DNA from: Terriglobales bacterium
Lineage (GTDB): Bacteria; Acidobacteriota; Terriglobia; Terriglobales; Acidobacteriaceae
Length of the DNA stretch: 64,000 nt
Direction of reading: 5' to 3'
NCBI GenBank assembly: GCA_036268595.1
Contig: DATATW010000063.1
Span: 37,486-101,485, forward strand
The notes beneath the pieces were generated by a model that saw only the letters and a list, made by a program, of their open reading frames with translations, had not been told where the DNA came from and did not search any database. A program made the translations under genes and the position numbers. This document shows positions 62,002-64,000 of the stretch, in pieces (the first letter of the stretch is position 1; every line of letters begins with the position of its first letter).

Positions 62002-62571
62002 ATGAACGAGCCTAAAGTCCTACTGTCACGGGAGAAAATAGCCGAGCGGGTGGCGCAGATGGCGGCGCAGATCACGCAGGACGCTATGGGTCAGCCGGTA
62101 ATTTTTGTCGGAGTGTTGAAGGGCGCGGCGATTTTCCTGAGTGACCTTGTGCGGCAGGTGGAAGTGGATGCGACCTTCGAATTTATTGCAGTCTCGACCT
62201 ATGGCAACCGGCCTACTCCGACACAGGAACTAAGGCACGCGTGGGATTCGACCGGCGAAGTGAAACTTACCAAGGATGTAGACCAGTCGCTGCGCGGGAA
62301 AAATGTGATTCTGGTCGAAGATATCCTGGACACCGGGCTCACGCTGACGTTTTTGAAACGGTTGCTGCAAGGGCATCAGCCAAAAAGTTTTCGGGTGGCG
62401 GTATTGCTGGACAAGCCGTCGCGGCGCAAGATGCCAGTACATGCGGATTACACCGGCTTCGAAATCCCTGACGAATTTGTAGTCGGGTACGGACTTGATT
62501 ATGCGGAGCGGTACCGCAATCTGCCAGATATTTGCGTGCTGCCCAACAGCGCGCCGGGCAATGAAAAGTGA
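62002..62571 (+). CDS. hpt: Hypoxanthine-guanine phosphoribosyltransferase
   Basis: The PRPP motif 'VILVEDILDTGLTL' and 'KPSRR...ADYTGFEIPDEFVVGYGLDY' are present. Confidence 0.9.
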   Translation: MNEPKVLLSREKIAERVAQMAAQITQDAMGQPVIFVGVLKGAAIFLSDLVRQVEVDATFEFIAVSTYGNRPTPTQELRHAWDSTGEVKLTKDVDQSLRGKNVILVEDILDTGLTLTFLKRLLQGHQPKSFRVAVLLDKPSRRKMPVHADYTGFEIPDEFVVGYGLDYAERYRNLPDICVLPNSAPGNEK

Positions 62572-62630
62572 AGCCACAATTCCACAGTGTGGTGTGATGA
62601 ACATAAACAGCCGAAGCAGCTCTGGCTGCT

Positions 62631-64000
62631 ATGATTGAAGCAGTGGAAATGGGCGCCATTCAAACTGAAACACCGTCACGAATCGATCCTCTGCTGCTGG
62701 AAGTCGCGGACGTGGTTAACACCACGCTTGATCTCGACACTACGTTGCGGAGGGTGGCGGAACTCGTCCGCAAGGTTATTGATTACGAGATTTTCGGCAT
62801 TCTGCTGCTGAATGAAAAGACCCAGGAACTCTATTTCCGATTCAGTGTTGGGCATTCAAAAGAGATTGCGGAGCGCATTCGGGTAAAGGTGGGCGAGGGC
62901 GTGACCGGCGTCGCGGCGCAGCGCGCTGAAGCGGTGTTGGTGGGCGATGTTGCGAGTGATCCGCGATATATTTCGGCGGTGCCGAATGTGCGTTCGGAGC
63001 TGGCAGTGCCGCTGATCGTGAAGAACCGCGTGATTGGCGTCATAGATATTGAATCGCCGCAACTTGACCACTTCACTGAGGAACACAAGCGCCTGTTGAC
63101 GCTGATTGCGTCGCGCATGGCGGTGGGTATCGAGAACGCGCGACTGTACACCCGAATGACGCGGCAGACAAAAACCTTGCTGCTGCTGAACGAGATTGCG
63201 CGCGAGCTGACGTCGATTCTGAATCTGGACGAACTGCTGAAGCGGGTCGGCGCACTGCTCAGCCAGCTGATCGACTTCCAGATGTTCAGCATTCTGCTGA
63301 TCGATGCCGCGGGAGAGAAGCTGCAGCACCGGTTTTCGCTGCGGTTCCAGGAAAACATTCAGCTCAAGAATGATATTCCGATCGGCAAAGGCATTGTGGG
63401 GGCAGCCGCCGAAGAGCAGCGGGCGATCCTAGTGGGGGACGTAAAGAAAGATGCGCGGTATATCGAGTCGAATCCGGAGACGCGGTCGGAGCTGGCGGCA
63501 CCTCTGATTTACAAAGACAAAGTGATCGGAGTGCTCGATCTGGAGCACACCCGAAAAAACTTTTTTACCGAAGATCATCAGCGGACGATCACCACGCTGG
63601 CGGCGCAGATCGCGATTGCCATCGAGAATGCGCGCCTGTACGAACAGATTGCTCGCCAAGAGAGCCGGCTGGAGCGCGATCTCTCGATGGCGCGAGAGTT
63701 GCAGATGCGGCTGCTGCCACAGACCCTGCCGCAACTGGCGCACCTGGAGATTGCGGCGAAGTTTTCTCCGGCGCGGACGATCGGCGGGGATCTGTACGAC
63801 TTTCTGAGTTACTCGCAATCGCGGCTCGGTTTAGTGATCGGAGACGTCAGTGGCAAAGGAGCTCCGGCGGCAATTTATGCCGGAGTAGTGGCTGGAATTC
63901 TGCGATCGCATGCGCCTATGGAACCGGCGCCGGCGGAGATGCTCGCGGCAGTCAATTATTCGCTAGTTGAACGCCGGATCGATGCCCAGTTTGTGTCGCT
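62631..64000 (+). CDS. GAF-GAF-PP2C (SpoIIE/RsbU-type) phosphatase, 3'-partial at the window end
   Basis: The open frame from the ATG at 62631 has no stop to the window end and is not listed in the track. It has two GAF repeats ('GEGVTGVAAQ...SELAVPLIVKNRVIGVIDIES' and 'GKGIVGAAAE...SELAAPLIYKDKVIGVLDLEH'), then 'ARELQMRLLP', 'GGDLYDF' and 'VIGDVSGKGAPAA'. Confidence 0.85.
   Translation, partial: MIEAVEMGAIQTETPSRIDPLLLEVADVVNTTLDLDTTLRRVAELVRKVIDYEIFGILLLNEKTQELYFRFSVGHSKEIAERIRVKVGEGVTGVAAQRAEAVLVGDVASDPRYISAVPNVRSELAVPLIVKNRVIGVIDIESPQLDHFTEEHKRLLTLIASRMAVGIENARLYTRMTRQTKTLLLLNEIARELTSILNLDELLKRVGALLSQLIDFQMFSILLIDAAGEKLQHRFSLRFQENIQLKNDIPIGKGIVGAAAEEQRAILVGDVKKDARYIESNPETRSELAAPLIYKDKVIGVLDLEHTRKNFFTEDHQRTITTLAAQIAIAIENARLYEQIARQESRLERDLSMARELQMRLLPQTLPQLAHLEIAAKFSPARTIGGDLYDFLSYSQSRLGLVIGDVSGKGAPAAIYAGVVAGILRSHAPMEPAPAEMLAAVNYSLVERRIDAQFVS

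Noticed and set aside
62831-63818. Minus-strand ORFs of 175, 157 and 129 aa.
   Set aside because: They are antisense to the open GAF-GAF-PP2C frame that runs off the window end. That frame is not in the track because it has no stop.

Overview
This is a 64-kb chromosomal segment from a high-GC bacterium. Gene content, protein sequences and unusual 'word-stutter' intergenic hairpins suggest Acidobacteriota (Terriglobia-like), but that taxon call is my inference and is unverified. All calls are by-eye motif reading; no searches, folding or GC computations were run.

Layout:
(i) 1-10.2 kb is one end of a prophage or phage-derived element. It carries a tail-tip module of the RcGTA g13-g14-g15 type: a DUF2163/BR0599 protein, an NlpC/P60 peptidase, and a 1988-aa mosaic host-specificity protein ending in a complete Hint/intein-like domain. 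A small regulatory module follows (Xis-like HTH, zinc-ribbon protein, perfect 26-bp palindrome) and abuts the 3' end of the tmRNA gene ssrA (10225-10592, minus). No integrase is visible.
(ii) 10.7-36.6 kb is core metabolism: a GH30+CBM6 glycosidase, a cytochrome c-cytochrome c-sdhCAB cluster, tatAC, an M28 peptidase, TerC, nadB, aroB and ubiE. It also holds a beta-1,2-glucan cluster (short Cgs-like synthase, ABC exporter, Tat-exported GH144-like glucanase) and a Ser/Thr pseudokinase fused to a TonB C-terminal domain.
(iii) About 36.7-43.7 kb is an AT-richer accessory island bounded by REP-like hairpins. It contains a PD-(D/E)XK endonuclease gene, a 2.4-copy tandem array of a ~369-bp unit with internal promoter-like signals and palindromes, and a tight four-gene operon of three small winged-helix proteins plus an Abi_C-type HEPN-wHTH protein. 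I consider this operon the best candidate for an undescribed defence or toxin-antitoxin-like system. A DUF3592 membrane protein closes the island.
(iv) 44-64 kb is core genes: QNG1/DUF2419 with a Tat signal, miaB, a bifunctional nuclease, sulfite/nitrite reductase, truB, rhomboid, ribA, PolX, a BshB1-like deacetylase, vapB with a frameshifted vapC, an O-methyltransferase, an MBL hydrolase, hpt, and a partial GAF-GAF-PP2C phosphatase.

No rRNA, tRNA or CRISPR array was seen. Many long ORFs in the track are antisense shadows of high-GC genes and were rejected.
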